Shown here one piece after another: positions 17,180-26,467 of a DNA stretch of 41,788 nt. Every line of letters starts with the position of its first letter. Within the stretch, counting starts at the first letter, position 1. The notes under the pieces are model-generated. The model saw only the letters and a program-made list of their open reading frames with translations. It was not told where the DNA came from and made no database searches. A program made the position numbers and the translations under genes. The stretch is from Casimicrobiaceae bacterium. Its GTDB lineage: Bacteria; Pseudomonadota; Gammaproteobacteria; Burkholderiales; Casimicrobiaceae. The DNA is taken from contig DASQBO010000129.1 in NCBI GenBank assembly GCA_035635175.1, positions 1 through 41,788 on the forward strand. The letters are read 5' to 3'.

Positions 17180-17799
17180 TTGGGCGCGATCTCCGGCGAC
17201 AGCGTGCCGCGGACGCCGGACTTGAGCTTGATCGTCCGCGCCTCGTTGTCGACCACCATGCCGGTGGCGTGAATTATTCCACGCGGCTCCTCGACCGTCA
17301 CCGGGCCGTCGGTCTCGGCGCGGCCCTTCTTCGGAACGACGGTCAGCGTCTCGGCGGTGAGCGTCACCGGCCCACGCAGGCCGTCCGCCGACGGCGTGCC
17401 TTCCGGCAGCGCGTCGCGCGTCGCGCGCACGTTGCCGCGGAACGTGACCGTCTCGCGGTCGCCCGACAGCGAGCCCGCGTCGGCAGTGACCGACATCCGC
17501 GGGCGGCCGGGGTCGGTGAGCGCGAGCTCGGGCTTCGTGAAGTCGACGCTTTCGTCGTCCGGGTGGTGCTCGGCGCGCTCGGCGGCGAGCGACTGCCGGA
17601 TCTGGCCGTCGGCGCCGAAGCTCACGCCGCGGAAACGCTCGATGTACATGTCGGCGTCGTGGCGCGCGCTGCCGTCGCGCCGCGCCGTGTCGGCCTGGAT
17701 CTGTGCGTCGAGCCAGTAGGTGAGCGCGGCGAGCCCGCCCAGCAGGAACACGGGCGACCACGAGACGAGCCTGTCGATCAGCGTGCTCTTGCGGACCAT
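17176..17799 (-). CDS. lptC: LPS export system protein LptC
   Basis: 207 aa with an N-terminal TM anchor ([17 protein letters not shown]). Position between kdsC and lptA. Confidence 0.85.
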   Translation of the reverse strand: MVRKSTLIDRLVSWSPVFLLGGLAALTYWLDAQIQADTARRDGSARHDADMYIERFRGVSFGADGQIRQSLAAERAEHHPDDESVDFTKPELALTDPGRPRMSVTADAGSLSGDRETVTFRGNVRATRDALPEGTPSADGLRGPVTLTAETLTVVPKKGRAETDGPVTVEEPRGIIHATGMVVDNEARTIKLKSGVRGTLSPEIAPK

Positions 17800-17812
17800 C
17801 CGCCCCTCCGGG

Positions 17813-18343
17813 TCAGGCGCCGAACGCCGCGATCCGCGCGGCGAGCGCGTCCTGCGCCGCGAGGATCAGGTCGCACACCTCGCGCACGGCGCCCGCGCCG
17901 CCGTCGCGCCCGGTGACGTAGTGCGCGCGCTCGCGTACCGCGGCGGGCGCGTGCGGCACGGTGATGCCGAGCCCGCAGCGCGCGATGACGGGGAGGTCCG
18001 GCAGGTCGTCGCCGATGTGGGCGCAGGCGTCGGGCGCGAGGCCGAGCTCGCGGCGCAGCGACTCCCAGGGGCCGAGCTTGTCCTCGGCGCCCTGCACGAG
18101 CCGCACGACGCCGAGTGCCTGCGCGCGATGCGCGACCGACGGTGCGCGGCTGCCGGTGATCCACGCCACGGCGACGCCGGCGCCCGCGAGCATCTTGAGA
18201 CCGATGCCGTCCTGCGAGTTGAAGGCCTTCATCTCGCTTCCGTCGTCGCCGTAGTAGAGGCGGCCGTCGGTCAGCACCCCGTCGACGTCGACGGTGAGGA
18301 GGCGGATCGAGCGGGCGCGGCGCGCGACCTCGTCGCGGGTCAT
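17813..18343 (-). CDS. kdsC: 3-deoxy-D-manno-octulosonate 8-phosphate phosphatase KdsC
   Basis: IRLLTVDVDGVLTDGRLYY and GDDLPDLPV HAD motifs; 176 aa; follows kdsD. Confidence 0.92.
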   Translation of the reverse strand: MTRDEVARRARSIRLLTVDVDGVLTDGRLYYGDDGSEMKAFNSQDGIGLKMLAGAGVAVAWITGSRAPSVAHRAQALGVVRLVQGAEDKLGPWESLRRELGLAPDACAHIGDDLPDLPVIARCGLGITVPHAPAAVRERAHYVTGRDGGAGAVREVCDLILAAQDALAARIAAFGA

Positions 18344-19375
18344 TTAGACCACCCGCGCGCGAAAGAGGTCGTGGAGGTGGAGCGCGCCCTCCAGGCGGCC
18401 GTCGTCGCCGACGACGAGGAGCGCCATCACCTTGGGCGGCGTCTCCATCAGGTCGACGCAATCGATCGCGAGGCGCTCGGGGCCGATCGTGCGCGGCGTG
18501 CGCGTCATCACCTCAGCGACGCGCACCGCCTTGAGGTCGCCCACGCGGTCGAGGCAGCGCCGCAGGTCGCCGTCGGTGAAGATGCCGGCGACTCCGCCAC
18601 CGCGATCGACGATTGCCGTCATGCCCATGCCCTTGCCGCTCATCTCCACGACCGCGTCGCCGAGCGTCGCGTCGACGCCGACGGTCGGGAGCTCGCGGCC
18701 CGTTCGCATCACGTCGCGCACGCGCGTGAGCAGCCGCCGCCCGAGCGCGCCGCCCGGATGCGCGCGCGCGAAGTCTTCGACCGAGAAGCCGCGCGCATCG
18801 AGCAGCGCCAGCGCGAGCGCGTCGCCGAGCGCGAGCGCGGCGGTCGTGCTGGCCGTCGGCGCGAGGCCGAGCGGGCACGCTTCGGCGTCGACGGCCGCGT
18901 CGAGGTGGACGTGGGCAGACTGCGCGAGCGAAGAGGCTTCGTTGCCGGTCAGCGCCACGATCGCCGCGCCCTGACGCTTGAGATGCGGCATGAGCAGCAC
19001 GAGCTCGTCCGTCTCGCCCGAGTTCGACAGCATCAGCACGACGTCGTCGGGCGTGATCATGCCGAGGTCGCCGTGCGACGCTTCCGCGGGGTGCACGAAA
19101 AACGCCGGCGTGCCGGTGGAGGCGAGGGTCGCGGCGAGCTTGCGCGCGACGTGCCCCGACTTCCCGATGCCCGACACGACGACGCGGCCGCGGCAGTTCA
19201 GGATAAGCGCGACGGCCTGCACGAACGGCTCGCCGAGCCGTCCCGCGACCTGCGCGATCGCGCCCGCTTCGGTCGCGAGCACGTCGCGCGCGAGGGCGAG
19301 CGCGCGCGCCGGGTCGACCGGGCCGCGGAGCTGCGGCGCGGCGGCGGCGCTGGCGTGCGGAGCAGGGGCGCCCAT
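18344..19375 (-). CDS. kdsD: arabinose-5-phosphate isomerase KdsD (SIS + tandem CBS)
   Basis: VVVSGIGKSGHVARKLAATLASTGTPAFFVHPAEASHGDLGM SIS signature, plus a C-terminal CBS pair. The N-terminal ~15 aa are uncertain. Confidence 0.92.
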   Translation of the reverse strand: MGAPAPHASAAAAPQLRGPVDPARALALARDVLATEAGAIAQVAGRLGEPFVQAVALILNCRGRVVVSGIGKSGHVARKLAATLASTGTPAFFVHPAEASHGDLGMITPDDVVLMLSNSGETDELVLLMPHLKRQGAAIVALTGNEASSLAQSAHVHLDAAVDAEACPLGLAPTASTTAALALGDALALALLDARGFSVEDFARAHPGGALGRRLLTRVRDVMRTGRELPTVGVDATLGDAVVEMSGKGMGMTAIVDRGGGVAGIFTDGDLRRCLDRVGDLKAVRVAEVMTRTPRTIGPERLAIDCVDLMETPPKVMALLVVGDDGRLEGALHLHDLFRARVV

Positions 19376-19479
19376 CCGGCGGAGTATAACCGAGCGCGCG
19401 CGCGTTTCCCTGCGGCGGAGAGGCGAGACCGCATGCGTCGCTGTGCTACATTGACCTCGCGCGACGCGCGTCCCACACG

Positions 19480-21444
19480 ATGCCGCAGACCCTCGAGCTC
19501 ATCCTGCTCCTGCTCGCCGCGGCCGTGATCGCGGTCGTCGCCTGCCGACTGGTGCGCCTGCCGCCGATCCTGGGCTACCTCCTGGTCGGCCTCGCGGTCG
19601 GCCCGCACGCGCTCGCATGGGTGCCCGACTCGGCCGACGTACGCGACCTGGCGGAGTTCGGCATCGTGTTCCTCATGTTCTCGATCGGTCTCGAGTTCAG
19701 CCTGCCGCAGTTGAAGGCGATGCGGCGCGCGGTGTTCGGGCTCGGACTCGCGCAGGTCGCGATCACGACCGTCGCCGCGATGGTGGCGCTGCACTTCGTG
19801 GGCTACGGCTGGCAGCGGGGCTTCGCGCTCGGCGGCATGCTCGCGATGAGCTCGACCGCGATCGTGTCGAAGATGCTCGCCGAGCGCATGGAGCTCGCGA
19901 CGCCGCACGGCCGCGACGTGATGGGCATCCTGCTGTTCCAGGACCTCGCGGTCGTCGCGTTCCTGATCGTGATCCCCTCGCTCGGGAAGGGCGGCGGCGA
20001 GCTCATGGGCGAAGTCGGCGTGGCCGCGCTCAAGGCGGCTGCGGTCCTCGCGATCATCCTGTTCGCGGGGCAGGCGCCGATGCGCGCGTGGTTCCACATC
20101 GTCGCGCGCCGGAAGAGCTCGGAGCTCTTCATGCTGAACCTGCTGCTCGTGACGCTCGGGCTCGCCGCGCTGACCGAGCTCGCGGGGCTCTCGCTCGCCC
20201 TCGGCGCCTTTCTCGCCGGCATGCTGATCGCCGAGACCGAGTATCGCTACCAGGTCGAGGAGGACATCAAGCCTTTCCGCGACGTGCTGCTGGGACTCTT
20301 CTTCGTCACCGTCGGCATGTTCCTCGACGTGCGCGAGGTCGTCGCGCAATGGCTGTACGTGCTCGTCCTGCTGATCGTGCCGGTCCTCGCGAAGCTCGTC
20401 CTCGTCGTGATCCTGTCGCGCGCGTTCGGCCAGCCGCTCGGCACGGCGCTCCGCACCGGCTTCTACCTCGCCCAGGCGGGCGAGTTCGCGCTCGTCATGC
20501 TCGCGCTCGCGGTGGAGAGCAAGGTCCTCGGACCTCCGCTCACGCAGGCGGTGCTGGCCGCGATGGTGCTGTCGATGCTCACTGCGCCGCTCGTGATCCA
20601 CTTCGCCGAACCCGTGGTGCGCAGGCTCACCGCGAACGACTGGCTCGCGCGCGCGGCGCAGATCACGCGGATCGCGGCGACGACGATGGCGCGGCAGGAT
20701 CACGTCATCATCTGCGGCTACGGACGGAGCGGGCAGAACCTCGCGCGGCTCCTCGAGGCCGAGGACATCCCGTTCATCGCGCTCGACTCGGATCCCGAGC
20801 GCGTGCGCGAGGCCACGGGCGAAGGGAGCAGCGTCGTCTACGGCGATGCCGGCCGCAAGGAAGCGCTGCACGCGGCCGGGCTCGGGAAGGCGCGCGCGGT
20901 CGTCGTCACGTTCGCGGACACGGCGACCGCGCTCAAGATCATGCACCACGTGCGTGAGGCGCGCCCCGAGCTGCCGGTCGTCGTGCGCACGCTCGACGAC
21001 AACGAGCTCGACCGCCTGCTCACCGCCGGCGCGGCCGAGGTCGTCCCGGAAGTGCTCGAGGGAAGCCTGATGCTCGCCACGCACTCGCTCCTCCTGCTCG
21101 GGATTCCGCTCAATCGCGTGCTGAAGCGGATCCGCGCGATCCGCGAGGAGCGTTACGGCCTGTTCCGCGGCTTCTACCGTGGCGCGTCCGACGCCGCGGA
21201 TGCGGCCGAGAACCTGCAGCCGCGACTGCACTCGGTGCTGCTGCCGGATCGCGCTCGCGCGATCGGCCGGTCGCTCGCGGACGTGGAGCTCGCGGGCCTC
21301 GTCGAGGTGACCGGCGTGCGGCGCAAGGGGACGCGCTCGCAGCGGCCGGATCCGGGCTGGGTGTTCGAGGAGGGGGACGTCGTCGTGCTGCTCGGACGGC
21401 CGGAAGAACTCGCGCTGGCGGAGCAGAAGCTGCTGAAGCGCTGA
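19480..21444 (+). CDS. monovalent cation:proton antiporter-2 (CPA2, KefB/YbaL-like) with TrkA-N and TrkA-C domains
   Basis: 654 aa. About 12 hydrophobic segments (LGYLLVGLAVGP..., FLMFSIGLEFSL), a Rossmann motif VIICGYGRSGQNLARLLE, and a C-terminal RCK-C-like segment. Confidence 0.9.
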   Translation: MPQTLELILLLLAAAVIAVVACRLVRLPPILGYLLVGLAVGPHALAWVPDSADVRDLAEFGIVFLMFSIGLEFSLPQLKAMRRAVFGLGLAQVAITTVAAMVALHFVGYGWQRGFALGGMLAMSSTAIVSKMLAERMELATPHGRDVMGILLFQDLAVVAFLIVIPSLGKGGGELMGEVGVAALKAAAVLAIILFAGQAPMRAWFHIVARRKSSELFMLNLLLVTLGLAALTELAGLSLALGAFLAGMLIAETEYRYQVEEDIKPFRDVLLGLFFVTVGMFLDVREVVAQWLYVLVLLIVPVLAKLVLVVILSRAFGQPLGTALRTGFYLAQAGEFALVMLALAVESKVLGPPLTQAVLAAMVLSMLTAPLVIHFAEPVVRRLTANDWLARAAQITRIAATTMARQDHVIICGYGRSGQNLARLLEAEDIPFIALDSDPERVREATGEGSSVVYGDAGRKEALHAAGLGKARAVVVTFADTATALKIMHHVREARPELPVVVRTLDDNELDRLLTAGAAEVVPEVLEGSLMLATHSLLLLGIPLNRVLKRIRAIREERYGLFRGFYRGASDAADAAENLQPRLHSVLLPDRARAIGRSLADVELAGLVEVTGVRRKGTRSQRPDPGWVFEEGDVVVLLGRPEELALAEQKLLKR

Positions 21445-21455
21445 TGCCGCCCTTC

Positions 21456-21471
21456 GTCGCCTGCAGGCGAC
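21456..21471 (+). terminator. GC hairpin just after the antiporter stop (weak terminator candidate)
   Basis: gtcgcctgcaggcgac is a perfect 16-nt palindrome 12 nt after the stop. No U-tract follows, so intrinsic termination is uncertain. Confidence 0.25.
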
Positions 21472-21666
21472 TCCCGCGCGGGCGCCGTCCCGGCGTCGCC
21501 GCCGACCGAGCGCAACGCCCCGAAGCAGCGGCGGGATCGCGTGCCGAGGCGGACGGCCGCGCCCAACCGACCCCAGCGCGGATGCGGTCGCACCTTTCCG
21601 CTGGCGGGGCGGGCCTCGCCGCCGGTGCAGCGCAGAGGGGGCAGCGCTGCAACTGACCGCGGGTCA

Positions 21667-21695
21667 TTGTGACGGGGGGAGTGTCGGGCTACAAT
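21667..21695 (+). promoter_or_regulatory. candidate sigma-70 promoter of the mla operon
   Basis: TTGTGA (21667-21672), a 17-nt spacer, then TACAAT (21690-21695), about 33 nt upstream of the mlaF GTG. AT-rich hexamers stand out in the GC-rich spacer. Confidence 0.45.
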
Positions 21696-21727
21696 CGCAC
21701 TCCTTTCTTGTCCTGCCCCTCACCCCG

Positions 21728-22576
21728 GTGCCGCACTCCGCCGGCGCGGCCGTCGCGCAATCCTCGGCCACGTCCTCCGAAATCGCCGTCCTGCTCGACG
21801 CCGTCACGTTCGGCTACGACGCCGCGCACACGGTGCTCGACGGCATCTCGATGTCGATCCCGCGCGGCAAGGTCGTCGCGATCATGGGCGGCTCGGGCTG
21901 CGGCAAGACGACGATCTTCCGGCTGATCGGCGGCCAGCTCCGGCCGCGGTCGGGCCGCGTGATCGTCGGCGGGCTGTCGGTGCCCGACCTCGATCGCGAC
22001 GCCCTGTTCGCGCTGCGGCGCAAGTTCGGCGTGCTGTTCCAGTTCGGCGCGCTGTTCACCGACATGACCGTGTTCGAGAACGTCGCATTCACGATGCGCG
22101 AGCACACGGACCTGCCCGAGGAGCTCGTGCGCGATCTCGTGCTGATGAAGCTCCACGCGGTCGGCCTGCGCGGCGCCGCGCAGCTCATGCCCTCCGAGCT
22201 GTCGGGAGGGATGGCGCGTCGCGTCGCGCTCGCCCGCGCGATCGCGCTCGACCCGATGCTCGTGCTCTACGACGAGCCGTTTGCGGGCCTCGACCCGATC
22301 TCGCTCGGCGTCGTCGGCCAGCTGATCCGCAAGCTCAACGACGCGCTGGGCATCACCTCGGTGGTCGTCACGCACGACGTCTACGAGTCGATGAAGATCG
22401 TCGACTACATGTATTTCGTGTCGGAGGGCCGGATCGTCGCCGAAGGCACGCCCGACGCCATGCGGACGACGGCCGACGCCTTCGTGCGCCAGTTCATCGA
22501 TGCCGAGGCGGACGGCCCGGTCCCGTTCCACTATCCGGCGCCGCCGTACCGCGACGAGGTGTTCGCCCGTGTCTAG
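21728..22576 (+). CDS. mlaF: phospholipid ABC transporter ATP-binding protein MlaF
   Basis: Walker A GGSGCGKTT, signature LSGGMARRVALARAI, Walker B LVLYDEP. GTG start at 21728. First gene of the mla cluster. Confidence 0.9.
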   Translation: MPHSAGAAVAQSSATSSEIAVLLDAVTFGYDAAHTVLDGISMSIPRGKVVAIMGGSGCGKTTIFRLIGGQLRPRSGRVIVGGLSVPDLDRDALFALRRKFGVLFQFGALFTDMTVFENVAFTMREHTDLPEELVRDLVLMKLHAVGLRGAAQLMPSELSGGMARRVALARAIALDPMLVLYDEPFAGLDPISLGVVGQLIRKLNDALGITSVVVTHDVYESMKIVDYMYFVSEGRIVAEGTPDAMRTTADAFVRQFIDAEADGPVPFHYPAPPYRDEVFARV

Positions 22577-23381
22577 CGCCGCGCAGGAAGGTCTCGCGAA
22601 CGGGCTGCGGCGCCTCGGCGCGTTCGCGACGGGCGGCCTCGGGCGGCTGGGCTATGCCGCGCGCTTCTTCGTCGCGGTCGGGTTGAACACGCCGGCCGCG
22701 TTTCGCCGGCTCCACCTCACGCTCCGCGAGATCTACTTCTCGGGCGTGCTCTCGCTCATCATCATCCTCGTGTCGGGGCTCTTCGTGGGGATGGTGCTGG
22801 CGCTGCAGGGCTACGACGTGCTGCAGCGCTACGGCGCCGACGAGTCGCTCGGCATCCTGGTCGCGCTGTCGCTCGTACGGGAGCTCGGCCCCGTCGTCGC
22901 GGGCCTCCTCTTCGCGAGCCGCGCGGGCAGCGCCGTGACCGCGGAGATCGGGCTCATGAAGGCCACCGAGCAGCTGGCCGCGATGGAGATGATGGCGGTC
23001 GATCCGCTCGCGCGCGTCGTCGCGCCGCGGTTCTGGGGCGGCGTCATCTCGATGCCGCTGCTGGCCGCGCTCTTCTCCACGCTCGGCGTCTTCGGCGCCT
23101 ACCTCGTGGGGGTGCGGCTGATCGGCATCGACGCCGGCGCCTTCTGGGGCAACATGCAGGCGGCCGTCGACTTTCGCGACGACATCGTCAACGGCGTCAT
23201 CAAGAGCGTGGTCTTCGGCGCGGCCGTCAGCCTGATCGCGGTCTTCGAGGGTTACGACGCGAGGCCGACCGCAGAAGGCGTGTCGAGCGCGACCACACGG
23301 ACCGTGGTCGAGAGCGCGCTCGCGATCCTCGCGCTCGACTTCGTGCTGACGGTGTTCATGTTCCACGGACCGAGGTCGTGA
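22569..23381 (+). CDS. mlaE: phospholipid ABC transporter permease MlaE
   Basis: GTG at 22569 overlapping the mlaF 3' end. VRELGPVVAGLLFASRAGSAVTAEIGLMKATEQLAAMEMM is the MlaE/DUF140 signature. Confidence 0.9.
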   Translation: MSSAAQEGLANGLRRLGAFATGGLGRLGYAARFFVAVGLNTPAAFRRLHLTLREIYFSGVLSLIIILVSGLFVGMVLALQGYDVLQRYGADESLGILVALSLVRELGPVVAGLLFASRAGSAVTAEIGLMKATEQLAAMEMMAVDPLARVVAPRFWGGVISMPLLAALFSTLGVFGAYLVGVRLIGIDAGAFWGNMQAAVDFRDDIVNGVIKSVVFGAAVSLIAVFEGYDARPTAEGVSSATTRTVVESALAILALDFVLTVFMFHGPRS

Positions 23382-23385
23382 GCGG

Positions 23386-23853
23386 ATGAACCGGACCACG
23401 CTGGACCTCTGGGTCGGCCTCTTCGTCGCGCTCGGCATCGGCGCGATCCTGTTCCTCGCGTTGCGGGTCGGCAACCTCGTCTCGTTCGGCGGCACGCCCG
23501 GCTATCAGCTGGAGGCGCAGTTCGACAACATCGGCGGGCTCAAGCTGCGCGCGCCGGTGAAGGCGGCGGGCGTCGTCGTCGGCCGCGTCGAGCGGATCCG
23601 GCTCGACCCGAAGTCCTACCAGGCGGTCGTCACGATGAAGATCGACAACGGCTACGAGTTCACGTCCGACACGATCGCGTCGATTCTCACCTCGGGCCTG
23701 CTCGGCGAGGTGTACATCGGGCTCGACGCCGGCGGCGACCCGAAGATGCTCGCGAACGGCTCGAAGATCGTCAAGACGCAGTCGGCGGTCGTGCTGGAAA
23801 AGCTGATCGGCCAGTTCCTGTTCGACAAGGCGGCCAACGGAGGCGCGAAGTGA
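23386..23853 (+). CDS. mlaD: outer membrane lipid asymmetry protein MlaD (MCE domain)
   Basis: N-terminal TM (LWVGLFVALGIGAILFLAL) and an MCE core (NIGGLKLRAPVKAAGVVVGRVERI). Confidence 0.9.
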   Translation: MNRTTLDLWVGLFVALGIGAILFLALRVGNLVSFGGTPGYQLEAQFDNIGGLKLRAPVKAAGVVVGRVERIRLDPKSYQAVVTMKIDNGYEFTSDTIASILTSGLLGEVYIGLDAGGDPKMLANGSKIVKTQSAVVLEKLIGQFLFDKAANGGAK

Positions 23854-24551
23854 CGGCCCTCGTGCGCGCCGCCGGCGCGGCGATGCTCGGCGCGCTGTGC
23901 GCCGGCTGCGCGACGGCGCCCTCGAAGGTCGATCCGCTGGAGCCGATGAACCGCGCGCTCTACCAGGTGCACGACGCGCTCGATTCCGCGTTCGCGAAGC
24001 CGGTGGCGGAGGGTTACGAGGCGATCGTGCCCAAGGTCGTGCGCACCGCGTTCTCGAACGTGTTCTACAACATCGACGACCTCTTCTCGGCGGTCAACGG
24101 ACTCCTGCAGGGCAAGCCCGACAAGGCCGGCAACGACCTCGGACGCGTGATGGTCAACACGCTATTCGGGCTGGGCGGCCTGATCGACATCGCGACCGAA
24201 GCCGGGATCGAGCGCGGCAACGAGGACTTCGGCCAGACGTTCGCCGTGTGGGGCTTTCCGCAGGGCCCGTATCTCTTCATCCCGCTGTTCGGCCCGACGA
24301 CGGTCCGCGACGGGACCGGCGTGCTCGTCCGCATCGGCCTCGGCCCCGTGGGCTTCATTCCCGACGTGCCGGTGCGCAACTCGATCTACGGCCTCGGATA
24401 CGTCGACCTCCGGGCCCAGGCCCTCGACGCGGGCGACCTCCTGGACCAGGCGGCGCTCGATCGCTACACGTTCATCCGCAACGCATATCTGCAGCGGCGC
24501 CGCTACCTGGTCTACGACGGCAAGCCGCCCCCCGAGGAGGACGACCAGTGA
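23850..24551 (+). CDS. mlaA: MlaA/VacJ family lipoprotein
   Basis: GTGA overlap with mlaD. Lipoprotein signal (GALCAGC); DPLEPMNRALYQVHD and FGPTTVRDGTG motifs of VacJ. Confidence 0.9.
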   Translation: MTALVRAAGAAMLGALCAGCATAPSKVDPLEPMNRALYQVHDALDSAFAKPVAEGYEAIVPKVVRTAFSNVFYNIDDLFSAVNGLLQGKPDKAGNDLGRVMVNTLFGLGGLIDIATEAGIERGNEDFGQTFAVWGFPQGPYLFIPLFGPTTVRDGTGVLVRIGLGPVGFIPDVPVRNSIYGLGYVDLRAQALDAGDLLDQAALDRYTFIRNAYLQRRRYLVYDGKPPPEEDDQ

Positions 24552-25171
24552 TCACGACTCCCCGCGCCGGCCTCGCGGCCATTGCGCTCGCCGCGCTCGT
24601 CGCCGTCGCACTGCCCGCCCGCGCGCAGGAAGCGCCCGACGCGCTGGTCAAGCGCGTGTCGGGCGACGTCATCGCGACGATCAAGGCCGACCCGCGGATC
24701 CAGGCGGGCGACCAGGCGCGCATCCGCGAGATGATCGAGGTCAAGCTGCTCCCGCATTTCGACTTCATGCGGATGACGGCGCTCGCGATGGGCAAGAACT
24801 GGCGGGCGGCGACGCCCGAGCAGCAGAAGCGCCTCGCCGACGAGTTCAAGACGCTCCTCGTCCGCACGTATTCGACGGCGCTCAACAAGTACCGCGACGA
24901 GACGATCGAGTTCAAGCCGCTGCGGATGAACCCGGGCGACACCGACGTCGTGGTCCGCACGCAGGTGATGCGGCAGGGCGCGCAGCCGGTCCAGATCGAC
25001 TACAGCCTCGAGAAGTCGGCCGACGGCTGGAAGGCGTACGACGTCGTGATCGGCGGCGTCTCGCTCGTCACGAACTACCGCGACGAGTTCAACCAGCAGG
25101 TGCAGAGCGGCGGGATCGACGGGCTCGTCAAGACGCTCGCCGAGCGCAACAAGGGCGGCACTGCCAAATGA
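24548..25171 (+). CDS. mlaC: periplasmic phospholipid-binding protein MlaC (Ttg2D)
   Basis: GTG at 24548 (GTGA overlap with mlaA). Signal peptide ...ALPARA|QE; MlaC-type body (FDFMRMTALAMGKNWRAATPEQQKRLADEFKTLLVRTYS). Confidence 0.88.
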   Translation: MITTPRAGLAAIALAALVAVALPARAQEAPDALVKRVSGDVIATIKADPRIQAGDQARIREMIEVKLLPHFDFMRMTALAMGKNWRAATPEQQKRLADEFKTLLVRTYSTALNKYRDETIEFKPLRMNPGDTDVVVRTQVMRQGAQPVQIDYSLEKSADGWKAYDVVIGGVSLVTNYRDEFNQQVQSGGIDGLVKTLAERNKGGTAK

Positions 25172-25491
25172 TGGCGGACCGCAGCGCGGGCGCGGAGCCG
25201 GCACGCGGGTTCGTGGCCGAGGACGACGGCGCCCGCTGGTCGTACGAAGGGCCGCTCACGTTCGCGGAGGCGGGGCCGGTGCTGGCCGCGGCCCACTCGC
25301 TCGCGCTCCCGCGCGACGGCCGCGTGGACCTCGGCCACATCGGTGCATTCGATTCGGCGGCCGTCGCCGTGCTCGTCGCGCTCGCGCGCCGCGCGGCGGG
25401 CGAGGGACGCTCGATCACCTTCGGCGGGCTTCCGCAGGGCCTTCGCGCGCTCGCCGCGCTCTACGGCGTCGAGGAGATTCTCGCCGGCTGA
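25168..25491 (+). CDS. mlaB: STAS-domain protein MlaB
   Basis: 107 aa with an ATGA overlap with mlaC. STAS-like pattern (VDLGHIGAFDSAAVAVLVALARRA). Position is typical of mlaB. Confidence 0.75.
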   Translation: MMADRSAGAEPARGFVAEDDGARWSYEGPLTFAEAGPVLAAAHSLALPRDGRVDLGHIGAFDSAAVAVLVALARRAAGEGRSITFGGLPQGLRALAALYGVEEILAG

Positions 25492-25543
25492 TCGCGCGCG
25501 GCCCGGACCGGGCGCGCACGGGGTTGCCGGGTTTCCGTTCCGC

Positions 25544-26467
25544 ATGACCGCTGCCGTCGAATTCGTGGAGGTCGCCCGCCGCTTCGGCCCGGTGCAGGCG
25601 CTCGCGGGCGTGAGCTTCGCCGTCGCGCCGGGCGAGTTCTTCGGCCTGCTCGGGCCGAACGGCGCCGGCAAGACGACGCTGATCTCCATCGCCGCGGGGC
25701 TCACGCGCGCGGACGCCGGCACGACGCGCATCCTCGGACACGACGTCGTGCGCGACTACCGCGCCGCCCGCCGCGCGCTCGGCGTCGTCCCGCAGGAGCT
25801 CGTCTTCGATCCCTTCTTCACGGTGCGCGAGACGCTCGAGCTCCAGTCCGGGTACTTCGGCATCCGCGACAACGGCGACTGGATCGACGAGATACTGCAC
25901 CATCTCGACCTCGCCGGGAAGGCGAACGCCAACATGCGCTCGCTCTCGGGCGGGATGAAGCGCCGCGTGCTGGTCGGCCAGGCGCTGGTGCACAAGCCGC
26001 CCGTCATCGTGCTCGACGAGCCGACCGCAGGCGTCGACGTCGAGCTCCGCCAGAGCCTCTGGGCGTTCATCCGCAAGCTGAACGCGGACGGCCACACGAT
26101 CATCCTCACGACCCATTACCTCGAGGAGGCCGAGGCGCTCTGCGGGCGCATCGCGATGCTCAAGGCGGGGCGCGTCGTCGCGCTCGACACGAAGCACGCG
26201 CTGCTGTCGCGCTTCGCGGGGATCACGGTGCGGCTCGTCGCCGACCGGGTGCCGGCCGCGTGGCAGCCGCGCGTGCTGCGCGAGCAGTCGGGGATCCGCT
26301 ACATCGGCCTCGAGCGCTACGCCGACCTCGAAGGGCTCCTGGCCGCGCTGCGCGACGACGGCATCGCGATCCGCGAGCTCGCGCTCGAGGAGGCCGACCT
26401 CGAGGACGTGTTCCTGAAGATCATGGCGAGCGAGGCGCGCGCCGAGCGGGTGGGGATGTCGGCGTGA
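25544..26467 (+). CDS. ABC transporter ATP-binding protein (ABC-2/YadG type)
   Basis: Internal ATG of ORF 25343..26467. Walker [10 protein letters not shown], signature LSGGMKRRVLVGQAL, Walker B VIVLDEPTAGVD. Confidence 0.9.
   Translation: MTAAVEFVEVARRFGPVQALAGVSFAVAPGEFFGLLGPNGAGKTTLISIAAGLTRADAGTTRILGHDVVRDYRAARRALGVVPQELVFDPFFTVRETLELQSGYFGIRDNGDWIDEILHHLDLAGKANANMRSLSGGMKRRVLVGQALVHKPPVIVLDEPTAGVDVELRQSLWAFIRKLNADGHTIILTTHYLEEAEALCGRIAMLKAGRVVALDTKHALLSRFAGITVRLVADRVPAAWQPRVLREQSGIRYIGLERYADLEGLLAALRDDGIAIRELALEEADLEDVFLKIMASEARAERVGMSA

Noticed and set aside
19376-19479. Divergent promoter elements between kdsD and the antiporter (TATAAC / TATACT, TTGACC).
   Set aside because: The hexamers are present, but their spacing to partner elements and to the start codons is poor: the -10-like box lies 8 nt from the kdsD ATG and no matching -35 is seen. 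This is too weak to call.
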